Positions 17,843-30,960 are shown, numbered from the stretch's first letter. The stretch is 64,000 nucleotides of DNA from an uncultured beta proteobacterium (GCA_963747775.1 CAVVGT010000005.1:3148-67147); one strand, 5' to 3'. Program-made: numbers and translations. Notes: generated by a model from the sequence alone, not told the origin.

Positions 17843-19453
17843 CTAAACTGCGCGCTTGGTGCCGCCGGGCGGCCGGCGGAAGAACTGCATCGGCTTCGCC
17901 TGGAGCGGTCGCGGCGGCACGCCCACCGTCTCGAGGGACTGGTCGAGCTTGCGCCCTTCCGGGTCGGCGAGCGCGGCCTCGCGGGCCTTGCGGATGGCGC
18001 TCGCCCGCGTGCCGTCGGATGCGAAGGTGCCGCCCGCCACGATCGTGTCGAGGATGCGCGTGAAGTTGTCCTTGCCGCGACGGTGCGTGTCACCGTAGCC
18101 CTTGATCAGCCGGCCGCACAGGGCGACTTCCAGGGCGAGCCCCAGGTCGCGCGCCGCGCTCGCGCGGACCGCGTCGAGCCAGCGCTCGATCAGCTGCTGC
18201 TCGTCTTTGTAGCGGCTCGTCGCGCGGCGCAGGGGGCGCAGCCACGCGAGGGCGCGCAGCATGAGGAAGCCGAACAGGCTCGTCGTCTTCACGTAGAGGC
18301 CGACGTTGAGCTTGTGCGTGAGCCCGCGCCGGTGGGCCCAGTGCGAAAGCCGGCCGGAGAGCCCGCGCGGCAGGAGCGCCGCGACCTCGTCGACGCCGGG
18401 CTTGAGGTACTCGACGATGTGCACGGGCTCGCCGGGCTTCGCCTGGACCTCGGTCCGCACGCGCTCGAAGCGGGCCTTGCGCGACTTGAGGTCGGCGACG
18501 CGGATCACGTCCTCGTAAGCCATCCACAGCGCGAGGAAGCGACCGGCCTCGTTGGTGAGCTTGTAGCCGGTCGAGCCTCCTCCGCCGTCGCGGTCGAGCT
18601 TCGCGATCGGCTCGAGGCGATCGAGATAGAGCGTGGCGTAGGCAGCATCCTGGAAGTCCGTCGTGCGCGCCGCGCCCTCTTCGAGGATGCGATGCGTCTC
18701 CCCCGGGAACGCGCTGCGGACGCGTTCGACCGGATTTGCCCGCCACGCCTTGAGGTCGGCGGGCGAGGGCGGCTGCGCTTCACCGGTCGCGTGCGAGTAG
18801 CCGAGTGCGAAGCCCTTGAGGCTGCCCTCGACGCCCTTGCCGGCGCTGCGGATCGCCGCCTCGCACGCGGCGCGCGAGAGCGGCAGGACTCCGGCGCCCA
18901 CCATGGCGCCGAACAGCACCGCGTTGATCACGGTGCCGGAGCGGCTCGCCAGGTCGGCCATGTCGAACAGCACCGCGCGTTTCGCGAGCTCCCCGGCGGC
19001 CTTCACGATCTTCTCGACGTCGGTGCGGCCGTCGCCCATCGCCATCTTCTCGACGACGGTGTAGATGCGGTGCGTCGAGGCGACGAGCGTCGTGCGGTCC
19101 GGGCTCACGAAGCCGTTCTGCATCGCGCGGCCGGCCTCGACGAGCTCCGAGGCGACCATCAGGTCGACGTTGCCCGGGGAGGGCGTGAGCGCGAGCACCG
19201 GGCGCCGGTCGCCGAGCGCCGCGCGCGTCGCCGGATAGAGCTCGATGTAGTAGGTCGTCGCGCCGGTCCGCTGCGCGACGCCGGGGATCGAGGTGCTCTG
19301 CACCGGGAAGTCCGCCGCGGTGCCCGCGGCGACGATCCAGTCGGCGAGCACCCCGCCGCCCTCGCCGCCGAGCGCGGCGACGAGCACCGTGATGGGCCGC
19401 GCGGGAAGCGCGCCCGTGCCGGGGAAGGTGAGCGTGTCGGTCGTCGTGTTCAT
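17843..19453 (-). CDS. iorB: indolepyruvate ferredoxin oxidoreductase beta subunit (IorB-like)
   Basis: 536 aa. N-terminal ..ITVLVAALGGEGGGVLADWIV..STSIPGVAQRTGATTYYIE typical of the IorB gamma-like domain. 9 nt after iorA. Confidence 0.85.
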   Translation of the reverse strand: MNTTTDTLTFPGTGALPARPITVLVAALGGEGGGVLADWIVAAGTAADFPVQSTSIPGVAQRTGATTYYIELYPATRAALGDRRPVLALTPSPGNVDLMVASELVEAGRAMQNGFVSPDRTTLVASTHRIYTVVEKMAMGDGRTDVEKIVKAAGELAKRAVLFDMADLASRSGTVINAVLFGAMVGAGVLPLSRAACEAAIRSAGKGVEGSLKGFALGYSHATGEAQPPSPADLKAWRANPVERVRSAFPGETHRILEEGAARTTDFQDAAYATLYLDRLEPIAKLDRDGGGGSTGYKLTNEAGRFLALWMAYEDVIRVADLKSRKARFERVRTEVQAKPGEPVHIVEYLKPGVDEVAALLPRGLSGRLSHWAHRRGLTHKLNVGLYVKTTSLFGFLMLRALAWLRPLRRATSRYKDEQQLIERWLDAVRASAARDLGLALEVALCGRLIKGYGDTHRRGKDNFTRILDTIVAGGTFASDGTRASAIRKAREAALADPEGRKLDQSLETVGVPPRPLQAKPMQFFRRPPGGTKRAV

Positions 19454-19462
19454 TCCGATTCC

Positions 19463-21589
19463 CTATGCCGGCTGCAGCCACCCGATCACCGTCGAACGCG
19501 CCCGGTGCTTCAACCGGTCCCACCAGCTCGGGTTCTGCACGATCTCGGCGCGGAAGAAGCTCGGGCACAGGATCGCCGCGTGCGCCACCTCGCCGCAAAG
19601 GCCGCACCCGACGCAACTGTTGTTCACGTGCGCGACCGGGTCGACTTTGAGCGGGTCGGAGGAATCCTTCACCGTGAGCGACGGGCACCCGGACAGCCGG
19701 ATGCACGAGTGGTCGCCCGAGCAGGTGTCCTCGTCCACGCCGAAGCGCGTGCGCACGACGCGATCGCCGGACTTCAGCGCCGCCGCGACCAGCGGCCGGA
19801 GCCGGCGCTGCTTCTCGAGCTGGCACTCGCTCTCGGCGATGATCACCTTCAGACCCGCGAAGGGCGTGGTCATCGCTTCCTTGAGCGTCGCGGACACCTG
19901 GCCGACCTTGTACGTCGTGACCCGCTTCACCCACTCGACGCCGACGCCCTTCAGCGCCTGCTCGATGGACATCCCGGTCATCTTCTCGTCGGGTTGATGC
20001 AGCGAGGAGGGGATGTGCTGCGTCCCCGTGGCCGCGGTGTAGCCGTTGTTCATGATCACCAGGATGCCGTCGTCGCGGTTGAACACCGCGTTGGAGATCC
20101 CGGAGGACAGGCCGTTGTGCCAGAAGCCGCCGTCGCCCATGATCGTGACGGTCCGGCGCCCGAAGAGCGGATCGATCGCCGAGTTGCTGGCGAGGCCGAG
20201 CCCGTAGCCGAGCACCGTGTTGCCGATGTTGAAGGGCGGCAGCGTCGAGAAGAGATGGCAGCCGATGTCGGCCGAGACGTGGAACGCGCCCGACTCGTGC
20301 TCCAGCAGCTTCATCGCCGAGAACACCGGCCGCTCGGGGCAGCCGACGCAGAAGCCGGGCGGACGCCCCGGCACCGGGCCGCCGAGCAGCTCCGCGGCGC
20401 GGGCCTTGGGCGTCATGATCCGGTCGCGCGCGGCGAGGGCCGTCGCGACGTCGACCCCGCGCGGCGCGGCGCGCTCGATGAAGCTCGCCAGCCCCTGGAG
20501 GACCACCTCGCCGGTGTACTCGCCCGCCATGGGCAGGCAGCCCTTGCCGTGCACCTTCGTCGCGTTGACTTCCGCCCGGCGCAGCGCCGCGTGGATCGCG
20601 TCCTCGAGAAACGCCGGCTGGCCCTCCTCGACGATCAGCACGTGCGCCTTGCCCGCGCAGAACCCGACGATCTCTTCCGGAATCAGCGGATAGGTGACGT
20701 TCAGGCAGTAGATCGGGACGCGCGACGCTCCGAACGCGTCGGCGAGCCCGAGCTGCTGCAGGCCCCGGATCACCATGTTGTACAGACCGCCCTGCGTCAC
20801 GATCCCGGTCTCGGCGAGGTCGCCCGGGAAGAACTCGTTGAGCCGCTGTGCCTTGACGAACTCGACCGCCTTCGGCCAGCGCACCTCGACTTTCTGCTTC
20901 TCCTGCGCGTAGCTCGAGGGCGGCAGCACGATCCGGCCGTAGTCGAAGGTCGGGTTCTCCATCATGCGGTTGCGCGACACCGCGGGCTCGCGGTTCGGAC
21001 GGGTGCGGAACGAGCCGTAGACGTGGCAGGCGCGGATGCGCAGCTCGAGCATCACCGGCGTGCTGGAGGCCTCCGACAGCTCGAAGCCCTTCTCGACCAT
21101 CGCGACGATCTTCGGGAGGTCGGGGCGCGGATCGAGCAGCCAGATCTGCGATTTCATCGCGAAGGCGTGCGAGCGCTCCTGCATGATCGAGGAGCCCTCG
21201 CCGTAATCCTCGCCGATCACGATCAGCGCGCCGCCGGTCACGCCGGAGGAGGCGAGGTTGGCGAGCGCATCGGAGGCGACGTTGGTGCCGACGGTCGATT
21301 TCCACGCCACTGCGCCGCGGATCGGGTAGTTGATCGACGCGCCGAGCATGGCGGCCGCGCCGGCCTCGGACGCGTTGGTCTCCAGGTGCACGCCCAGCTC
21401 GCCGAGCAGGTCGCGCGCGTCGTTCAGGACGTCGACCAGGTGCGAGATCGGGGCGCCCTGGTAGCCGCCGACGTAGGACACGCCGGACTGCAGCAGGGCC
21501 TTGGTCACCGCGAGGATGCCCTCGCCGTGGAACGTGTCGCCTTCGCCCAGTCTCAGCGACGCGACTTCTTCCTTGAAAGAGCGTTCCAT
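19463..21589 (-). CDS. iorA: indolepyruvate ferredoxin oxidoreductase alpha subunit (IorA-like), copy 2, intact
   Basis: 708 aa with TPP motif GDGGFWHNG and 4Fe-4S cluster motif CVGCGLCGE. Confidence 0.9.
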   Translation of the reverse strand: MERSFKEEVASLRLGEGDTFHGEGILAVTKALLQSGVSYVGGYQGAPISHLVDVLNDARDLLGELGVHLETNASEAGAAAMLGASINYPIRGAVAWKSTVGTNVASDALANLASSGVTGGALIVIGEDYGEGSSIMQERSHAFAMKSQIWLLDPRPDLPKIVAMVEKGFELSEASSTPVMLELRIRACHVYGSFRTRPNREPAVSRNRMMENPTFDYGRIVLPPSSYAQEKQKVEVRWPKAVEFVKAQRLNEFFPGDLAETGIVTQGGLYNMVIRGLQQLGLADAFGASRVPIYCLNVTYPLIPEEIVGFCAGKAHVLIVEEGQPAFLEDAIHAALRRAEVNATKVHGKGCLPMAGEYTGEVVLQGLASFIERAAPRGVDVATALAARDRIMTPKARAAELLGGPVPGRPPGFCVGCPERPVFSAMKLLEHESGAFHVSADIGCHLFSTLPPFNIGNTVLGYGLGLASNSAIDPLFGRRTVTIMGDGGFWHNGLSSGISNAVFNRDDGILVIMNNGYTAATGTQHIPSSLHQPDEKMTGMSIEQALKGVGVEWVKRVTTYKVGQVSATLKEAMTTPFAGLKVIIAESECQLEKQRRLRPLVAAALKSGDRVVRTRFGVDEDTCSGDHSCIRLSGCPSLTVKDSSDPLKVDPVAHVNNSCVGCGLCGEVAHAAILCPSFFRAEIVQNPSWWDRLKHRARSTVIGWLQPA

Positions 21590-21611
21590 CGGTCCACCTC
21601 CGGGCGCCGCG

Positions 21612-22925
21612 CTAGCCGATCAGGCCGGGCAGCCATACTGCCACGGCCGGCACGCAGAAGACGAGGACGAGCACCGCGATGCTCAGCGCGAGGTAGGGCA
21701 CCACGGCGCGAAAGATGTGGGCCATGCTCACCTGCGGCGGCGCCACCCCCTTCATGGTCATGAGCAGCAGGCCGTGGGGCGGCAGCAGCAGCCCGAGCTG
21801 CATGCAGATCAGGAACAGCACGCCGAACCACACCGGGTCGATGCCGAGCGCCTGCACGATCGGCATGAAGATCGGCAGCGTGATCAGCATCATGCTCACC
21901 TGGTCGAGGAACAGCCCGAGGAAGATCAGCAGCCCCATCATCGCGGCGACGATGGCGAACGGCGACAGCCCCTGTCCGGTGATCAGCTTGGCCAGCCCGG
22001 TGCTCGACCCGGAAAAAGCGAGGATCTGCGAGAACGTGGTCGCCCCGACGATGATGAACAGGATCATCCCCGAGACGCCGACGGTGCCGCGCAGTGCTTT
22101 CATGAACGCATCGAGCGTGAGCGCGCGGTAGGCCGCCGCGAGGAGGACCGTCGCCATCGCGCCGAGCGCCGCCGACTCGGTCGGCGTGGCCCAGCCGGCG
22201 ACCATCGCGCCGACCACCACGCCGAAGATCGAGACGAGGGGCACGACGTACTGGAAGAACGGCAAGAGCTTCCGCAGGCCGTGATGCTCCTCGAACGGCG
22301 TGGCCGGTGCGAGCGTCGGGTCGAGCTTCACGCGCACGATGATGTAGGCCACGAACGCGACCGACAGGATCAGACCGGGCACGACGCCGCCGATCAGCAG
22401 CTTCGAGATCGAGATGCCGGACAGGCTGCCGAGGAGCACGGTGAGGGCGGACGGCGGGATCAGCATGTCGACCGCGCCGATCGCCATGATCGGCCCGGTC
22501 GCCATGGTGGGATGGTAGCCGCGGGCGAGCATCACCGGCAGCATCAGGCTGCCGAGCATGGCGGTGGTCGCGATCGTCGACCCCGAGATCGCGGAAAAGA
22601 CGGTCCCCGCGACGACCGCGACGACCGCGAGCCGTCCGGGGACCTGGCGGATCAGGCGCTCGATGCCGTCGATCACCTTCACCGCGAGCCCGGTGTGGAA
22701 CAGCACCTCGCCCATCAGCACGAAGAGCGGGATCGGCGTGAGCGAGAAGCTCGCCACCGCCGACACGCTGTTGCGCACCAGCTGCACCAGCCCGGCCTCG
22801 CCGCCGAGGAAGATCAGCGCGCCGGCGAGATTGATCACCAGGAACGAGAACGCGACCGGCAGCCCGAGAAACAGCAGCGCGGTCGACCCGCCGAGCAGAA
22901 ACCACGCCGCCTCCTGCCACGACAC
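21612..22925 (-). CDS. TRAP transporter large permease (DctM family)
   Basis: 437-aa polytopic membrane ORF downstream of the Q and P components. Confidence 0.9.
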   Translation of the reverse strand: MSWQEAAWFLLGGSTALLFLGLPVAFSFLVINLAGALIFLGGEAGLVQLVRNSVSAVASFSLTPIPLFVLMGEVLFHTGLAVKVIDGIERLIRQVPGRLAVVAVVAGTVFSAISGSTIATTAMLGSLMLPVMLARGYHPTMATGPIMAIGAVDMLIPPSALTVLLGSLSGISISKLLIGGVVPGLILSVAFVAYIIVRVKLDPTLAPATPFEEHHGLRKLLPFFQYVVPLVSIFGVVVGAMVAGWATPTESAALGAMATVLLAAAYRALTLDAFMKALRGTVGVSGMILFIIVGATTFSQILAFSGSSTGLAKLITGQGLSPFAIVAAMMGLLIFLGLFLDQVSMMLITLPIFMPIVQALGIDPVWFGVLFLICMQLGLLLPPHGLLLMTMKGVAPPQVSMAHIFRAVVPYLALSIAVLVLVFCVPAVAVWLPGLIG

Positions 22926-22935
22926 GCGATGCGCC

Positions 22936-23466
22936 CTACGAGGCCGAGACCGCGTCCTCGCGCACCGCGCGCGGGCCGCGCTGCAGCGCGTACATCCTGA
23001 TCACCACCTCCACCGCGAGCACCGCGAACGCGAGCGGGAGGACGGCGAGCCCCCACCACTCGGGGGTGATGAGCGTCTTGATCGACATGGCGTCGGTCGC
23101 GTGGCTCGCGACCGACGCCTTCACGCCGTACACCACCATTGCGAGGCAGCACCCGAGCGCCAGCACGTCGGCGACCCACTCGCACGTCCACGCCACTTTC
23201 CCGGGCAGCACGCGCAGCAGGATGTCGACGCGGATGTGCTGGCCTTGCCGCAGCAGCCACGGCGCGGCGAGCATCGTCATCAGGTAGAGCATCGTCTCCG
23301 AGATCTCGTTCGCCCACGACAGGCCGCGCGTGAAGCCCCACGCCACCGGCAGGTTGCGCAGCAGGATGTCCGCGCAGATCATCAGCATCATCGCCGCGAC
23401 CATGGCGCAGGCGATCACGCAGAGGCCGGCGGACAGCCGGCCGATCCAGAGGGAGAGGCGCTCCAT
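22936..23466 (-). CDS. TRAP transporter small permease (DctQ family)
   Basis: 176-aa ORF with 4 TM helices between dctP-like and dctM-like genes. Confidence 0.85.
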   Translation of the reverse strand: MERLSLWIGRLSAGLCVIACAMVAAMMLMICADILLRNLPVAWGFTRGLSWANEISETMLYLMTMLAAPWLLRQGQHIRVDILLRVLPGKVAWTCEWVADVLALGCCLAMVVYGVKASVASHATDAMSIKTLITPEWWGLAVLPLAFAVLAVEVVIRMYALQRGPRAVREDAVSAS

Positions 23467-23481
23467 CGTCCCGGTGCGGCG

Positions 23482-26309
<2,828 letters not shown>

Positions 26310-26346
26310 AATCCGCAGCTTTCCGTATGCAGCAAGAGGGAACCAG

Positions 26347-27270
26347 ATGGCTCAGCAGCGACTCCGCGGCGTGCTCTCGCCCGTCGTCACGCCGTTCCGC
26401 AAGGACTATTCCCCCGACGCGCCGCGCTTCGTGCGCCACTGCAAGTGGCTGCTGGCGCACGGCTGCTCCGGGCTCGCGGTGTTCGGGACCAACAGCGAGG
26501 CGAACTCCCTTTCCGCCGACGAGCGCATGACGCTCCTCGAGCAACTCGTCGAGGGCGGCGTGCCCGCCGCGCAGCTGATGCCGGGCACCGGCTGCTGCGC
26601 GCTGACCGACTCGGTGCGCCTCACCGCACACGCGGTGAAGCTCGGCTGCGCCGGGGCGCTGATGCTGCCGCCGTTCTACTACAAGGGCGTGCCGGACGAC
26701 GGCCTGTTCCGCAACTTCAGCGAGGTGATCCAGCGCGTCGGCGACGACCGGCTGCAGCTCTACCTCTATCACATCCCGCCGGTCGCGCAGGTGGGATTCA
26801 CGCTCGGGCTGATCGAGCGGCTGCTGAAGGCTTTTCCGAAGACGGTCGCCGGCGTGAAGGACAGCTCGGGCGACTGGAACAACACCAAGGCGATGATCGA
26901 CGCGTTCGCGAAGCAGGGCTTCGAGGTGTTCGCGGGGAGCGAGGTGTTCCTGCTCCGGAACATGCGCGCGGGCGGGGTCGGCTGCATCACTGCGGGCGCG
27001 AACGTCAACCCGCACGGCATCGACCGCGTTTACCGCGGCTGGAACTCGGCGGAGGCGGAGCACCTCCAAGCCGACGCCGACAAGGTCCGCCAGATTCTGC
27101 AGACCCAGGTCTCGATGATCCCCGCGCTCAAAGCCGCGATTGCCCACTACGCCGCCGATCCCGACTGGATCACGGTGCGCCCGCCGCTGGTGGAGCTGAC
27201 CGTCGAGCAACGCGCGACGATGGTGAGCGAGCTGCTCGGGGCGGGGTTCGAGATGCCGGGGATCAAATAA
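26347..27270 (+). CDS. dihydrodipicolinate synthase family class-I aldolase
   Basis: 307 aa. ..GTNSEANSLS.., ..YLYHIP.. and Schiff-base lysine context GVKDSSGD. Confidence 0.8.
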   Translation: MAQQRLRGVLSPVVTPFRKDYSPDAPRFVRHCKWLLAHGCSGLAVFGTNSEANSLSADERMTLLEQLVEGGVPAAQLMPGTGCCALTDSVRLTAHAVKLGCAGALMLPPFYYKGVPDDGLFRNFSEVIQRVGDDRLQLYLYHIPPVAQVGFTLGLIERLLKAFPKTVAGVKDSSGDWNNTKAMIDAFAKQGFEVFAGSEVFLLRNMRAGGVGCITAGANVNPHGIDRVYRGWNSAEAEHLQADADKVRQILQTQVSMIPALKAAIAHYAADPDWITVRPPLVELTVEQRATMVSELLGAGFEMPGIK

Positions 27271-27303
27271 GTCGCGAATCCCGGCTCACGCTTGCTGTTT
27301 TAC

Positions 27304-27510
27304 ATGCTTTACGCCTTCACAATCGCTCGAACAAGGGGCCGAGGGAAGGGTTGGGACCCTTCCCTTCCCAACCGGGCCCCCTTGTAGATCCCCCAGCAAT
27401 GCTTTACGCCTTCACAATCGCTCGAACAAGGGGCCGAGGGAAGGGTTGGGACCCTTCCCTTCCCAACCTGGCCCCCTTGTAGATCCCCCAGCAATGCTTT
27501 ACGCCTTCAC
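27304..27510. repeat. 95-bp tandem repeat, about 2.2 copies (27304-27398, 27399-27493, partial 27494-27510), each unit starting with the ATG and 17 nt of the downstream gene and containing a palindromic core
   Basis: Units differ at one base (CCGGGC vs CCTGGC). Core GGGAAGGGTtgggACCCTTCCC, with alternative stem GGTTGGGA/TCCCAACC and outer stem AAGGGG/CCCCTT. Confidence 0.85.
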
Positions 27511-29524
27511 CATCTTCGTCTCCGCCTTCCTGCTCTTCCAAGTGCAGCCGATCATCGCCAAGATGATCCTGCCCTGGTTCGGCGGCGGCGCGGCAGTGTG
27601 GACGACGTGCATGTTGTTCTTCCAGCTGCTGCTGGTCGGCGGGTATCTCTACGCGCACTGGACCACCCGCAGCCTCGCCGCGCGCACGCTGGCCGTCGTG
27701 CACGGCGTGCTGCTTGCGCTGGCCGCGGCCGCGCTGCCGATCATCCCGGACGTCGCGTGGAAGCCGCTCGGCGACACCGATCCCGGCTTCTACATCCTCG
27801 GGCTGCTCGCGGTCACGGTGGGGCTGCCGTACTTCATGCTCTCCACCACCGGCCCGCTCGTGCAGGTCTGGTATTCGCGTGCGAATCAGGGCGCGATGCC
27901 GTACCGGCTGTATGCGCTCTCGAACGTCGGCTCGATGCTCGCGCTGCTCACCTATCCGATCGCCGTGGAGCCGTGGCTGCCGACGCGTGCGCAGGCGCTC
28001 GGGTGGTCGGGCGCGTTCGTCGTGTTCGCGATCGCATGCGGCGTGCTTGCCTGGCGCAGCCGCGGCGCGGCGTGGGAGGTGACCGCCGGCGCTCCGGCCG
28101 AGGCGGCCGCGCGACCGACCGCAGGTCGCTACCTACTGTGGGCGGCGCTCGCGGGCACGGCCTCCGTGCTGCTGCTCGCATTCACCAGCCAGCTCTCGCA
28201 GAACGTGGCACCCATTCCGTTCATCTGGGTGCTGCCGCTCGCGCTCTATCTCCTGTCGTTCGTCCTCACCTTCGACGGCCGCGGGTGGTACCGGCGCAAG
28301 GTCTACCTGCCGCTCGCCGCCGCGGGCCTCGTCGGCGTAACGGCGCTGCTGCACTCCGATTTCCGGCATTCGCAGCTCTGGGTGATGCTCCCGGTATACG
28401 CCGCGACGCTGTTCGTCGCGTGCATGGTGTGCCACGGCGAGCTGGTGCGGCTCAGGCCGCCGCCGCGCTACCTGACCGGCTTCTACCTCGCGATCTCGGT
28501 CGGCGGGGCGCTCGGTGGCGTATTCGTCGGTCTGATCGCGCCGCGCATCTTCCTCGACCTGTACGAGCTCCCCGCGGGCCTCGTGGCGATGGGGGCGGTG
28601 GTCGCGGTCGTGCTCGCGCTCGACCAGGCGGGATTCCCCGGCGTGCGGACCTGGCGTGCCGCGGTCTTCGGCGCGGTGCTGCTCGCCGGCGGGCTCGCGG
28701 GAACGCTGTGGTGGATCTACGACGGTTACGCGCGCGACGCGAGCGTGCGCGTCCGCAACTTCTACGCCGCGATGCGCGTGTGGGACTCGGGCGACGGCGA
28801 GGCGGCGCAGCGCGTGCTGACCCACGGCTCGATCACGCACGGCAAGCAGTTCACCAAGCCCGAGCAGCGCAAGCGGATCACGACCTACTACGGCGAGACC
28901 TCCGGCGTCGGCCGCGCGATCCTCGCTGCCGGGCTGAAGGGCCCGGTGCGCGTGGGCGTGATCGGCCTCGGCGCGGGCACGCTGGCCGGGTACGGGCGCG
29001 ACGGCGACAGTTTCCGCCTGTACGAGATCAACCCGCAGGTGATCGACCTCGCGACGAAGCAGTTCAGCTACGTGACGGACTCGCGCGCCAAGGTGGAGAT
29101 GGCGCTCGGCGACGCGCGGCTGTCGCTCGAGCGCGAGCCGCCGCAGCGCTTCGACGTCCTGGCGGTGGACGCGTTCTCGAGCGACTCGATCCCGGTGCAC
29201 CTGCTCACCGCCGAGGCGTTCGCGACCTACTTCCGGCATCTCAGGCCGGGCGGCATCCTCGCGGTGCACATCTCCAACCGCTATCTCGACCTCAAGCCGG
29301 TGCTGCGCGAGGCGGCGGCGAAGTTCGGCCGGGACGCGCGCCTCTTCGACGAGGACTCCGACGAGGGGCGCGGGGTGTACGGCTCGACCTGGGTGCTGAT
29401 CTCGGACGACCCGAAGACCTTCGAGCGCTCCCCGCTCGAGAGCGGCGCGGAGCCGTTGGAAAGCGACAAGACGGTGCGGCTCTGGACCGACGACTACAGC
29501 GACCTCTGGCGCATCCTCAAGTGA
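27494..29524 (+). CDS. fused polytopic membrane / spermidine-synthase-like methyltransferase-fold protein
   Basis: Start MLYAFTIFVSAFLLFQVQPIIAKMILPWFGGGAAVWTTCMLFFQ is typical of this family. C-terminal ..VIGLGAGTLAGY..DVLAVDAFSSDSIPVHLLT.. 676 aa. Confidence 0.8.
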   Translation: MLYAFTIFVSAFLLFQVQPIIAKMILPWFGGGAAVWTTCMLFFQLLLVGGYLYAHWTTRSLAARTLAVVHGVLLALAAAALPIIPDVAWKPLGDTDPGFYILGLLAVTVGLPYFMLSTTGPLVQVWYSRANQGAMPYRLYALSNVGSMLALLTYPIAVEPWLPTRAQALGWSGAFVVFAIACGVLAWRSRGAAWEVTAGAPAEAAARPTAGRYLLWAALAGTASVLLLAFTSQLSQNVAPIPFIWVLPLALYLLSFVLTFDGRGWYRRKVYLPLAAAGLVGVTALLHSDFRHSQLWVMLPVYAATLFVACMVCHGELVRLRPPPRYLTGFYLAISVGGALGGVFVGLIAPRIFLDLYELPAGLVAMGAVVAVVLALDQAGFPGVRTWRAAVFGAVLLAGGLAGTLWWIYDGYARDASVRVRNFYAAMRVWDSGDGEAAQRVLTHGSITHGKQFTKPEQRKRITTYYGETSGVGRAILAAGLKGPVRVGVIGLGAGTLAGYGRDGDSFRLYEINPQVIDLATKQFSYVTDSRAKVEMALGDARLSLEREPPQRFDVLAVDAFSSDSIPVHLLTAEAFATYFRHLRPGGILAVHISNRYLDLKPVLREAAAKFGRDARLFDEDSDEGRGVYGSTWVLISDDPKTFERSPLESGAEPLESDKTVRLWTDDYSDLWRILK

Positions 29525-29540
29525 CGCGCGCGTACGCCGG

Positions 29541-30209
29541 TCATTGCGGCGAAAGCGGAGATCCGGTCTGGGCGGTGATCGCGCCGCGGTCGATCACATA
29601 GACCCGGTCGAGCAGCCCGCGCGCGTGCGTGAGGCTCGACTCGGACAGGATCACCGCCAGGCCTTCCCGCCGCAGGCTGGCGATCACTTCCGCGAGGCGC
29701 CGCGCCAGGACGGGCGCGACGCCCTCGAACGGCTCGTCCAGGAGCAGCAGCTTCGTTCCCGGGATGAGCGCGCGCGCCAGTGCGACGAGCTTCTGCTGAC
29801 CGCCGGAGAGCATGAGCGCCTTGCGCGCGCGAAACGCGTGGACCTCGGGGATCGCGGCGTACACGCGCTCGAGCCGGCGTGCCGCGTCGGGCAGCCGCGC
29901 TGCCCATGCCGGCAGCAGCACATTCTCCTCGACAGTCAGCCCGGGTACGAGCCGACGGTCTTCGGGCATGTAACCGACGCCCAGCGCGGCACGCCGATGG
30001 GTCGGCACCTGCGCGAGCGACGTACCCTCGAAGCGCACGTCGCCCTCCCGGTACGCGAGCAGGCCCATGATGGTGCGCATGAGCGTGGTCTTGCCGGCGC
30101 CGTTGCGGCCGATCAGCCCGGCAGATTCGCCGCGCGCAAGCTCGAGCGAGACGCCACGCAGGATCCCCACCGGCCCGATCGAGACCGAGACGCCGCCGAC
30201 TTCAAGCAT
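29541..30209 (-). CDS. Liv-type ABC transporter ATP-binding protein (LivF-like)
   Basis: Walker A GRNGAGKTT, LSGGQQK, LLLLDEPFEG. Start at MLEVGG (aa 38 of ORF 29541..30320). Confidence 0.9.
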   Translation of the reverse strand: MLEVGGVSVSIGPVGILRGVSLELARGESAGLIGRNGAGKTTLMRTIMGLLAYREGDVRFEGTSLAQVPTHRRAALGVGYMPEDRRLVPGLTVEENVLLPAWAARLPDAARRLERVYAAIPEVHAFRARKALMLSGGQQKLVALARALIPGTKLLLLDEPFEGVAPVLARRLAEVIASLRREGLAVILSESSLTHARGLLDRVYVIDRGAITAQTGSPLSPQ

Positions 30210-30960
30210 GGGCGTCTTCCCCGATGACATAGCGGCGCACCTCCGTGTCGCGCAGCACGTCGGTCGGCGCACCGTCGGCGAGGACTCGCCCGTCGGCGAA
30301 TGCCACCACCCGCCCGGCATAGCGCGCGACCACCTCCATGTCGTGCTCGACGAAAAGCACGGTCACGTCGACGCCGCGCACCGCGGCCATCACGAGATCC
30401 ATGATCGCGAACTTCTCGTCCGCCGAGACGCCGCTCGTCGGCTCGTCGAGGAGCAGCACGCGCGGCTTCGTCACCAGTCCCATCGCCACGTCGAGGAGCT
30501 TGCGCACCCCCTCCGGCAGCAGTCCCGCGGGCCGGTCGCGATAGGCGCCGAGGCCGAACCGCTCGAGCATCTCGTCGGTCGCGCCGCCCGCGCGCGCCGG
30601 CGTGAGGTCGGAATGCGCCCAGGCGTGCGCCGCCGCCGCGACGATGCCGACCGCCACGAGCAGGTTCTCGCGCACGCTGAGCGAGTTGAAGAGCTGCGGA
30701 ATCTGGAACGAGCGCGACACGCCGAGCTGCGTGACGCGTCGTGGCGCAAGCCGCGTCAACTCGTGCCCGTCGAAGCGGATCGATCCGGCCGTCGGTTTGA
30801 GATAGCCGGTCACCATGTTGACGAAGGTCGTCTTACCGGCGCCGTTCGCGCCGATGAGACCGACGACCGACTCCCGCTCGATCGCGATGTTGAGGTCGGC
30901 CGCGGCGATCACCGCGCCGAAGCTCTTGTTGAGGCCGGAGGCAACCAGTATCGGGGTCAT
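30202..30960 (-). CDS. Liv-type ABC transporter ATP-binding protein (LivG-like)
   Basis: Walker A GANGAGKTT, SRSFQ, LLLLDEPTSG. Start at MTPILV within ORF 30202..31815. Confidence 0.9.
   Translation of the reverse strand: MTPILVASGLNKSFGAVIAAADLNIAIERESVVGLIGANGAGKTTFVNMVTGYLKPTAGSIRFDGHELTRLAPRRVTQLGVSRSFQIPQLFNSLSVRENLLVAVGIVAAAAHAWAHSDLTPARAGGATDEMLERFGLGAYRDRPAGLLPEGVRKLLDVAMGLVTKPRVLLLDEPTSGVSADEKFAIMDLVMAAVRGVDVTVLFVEHDMEVVARYAGRVVAFADGRVLADGAPTDVLRDTEVRRYVIGEDAHA

Noticed and set aside
27304-27510. The tandem repeat as a CRISPR array.
   Set aside because: There are only 2.2 directly abutting 95-bp copies with no spacers, and no cas genes in the window.
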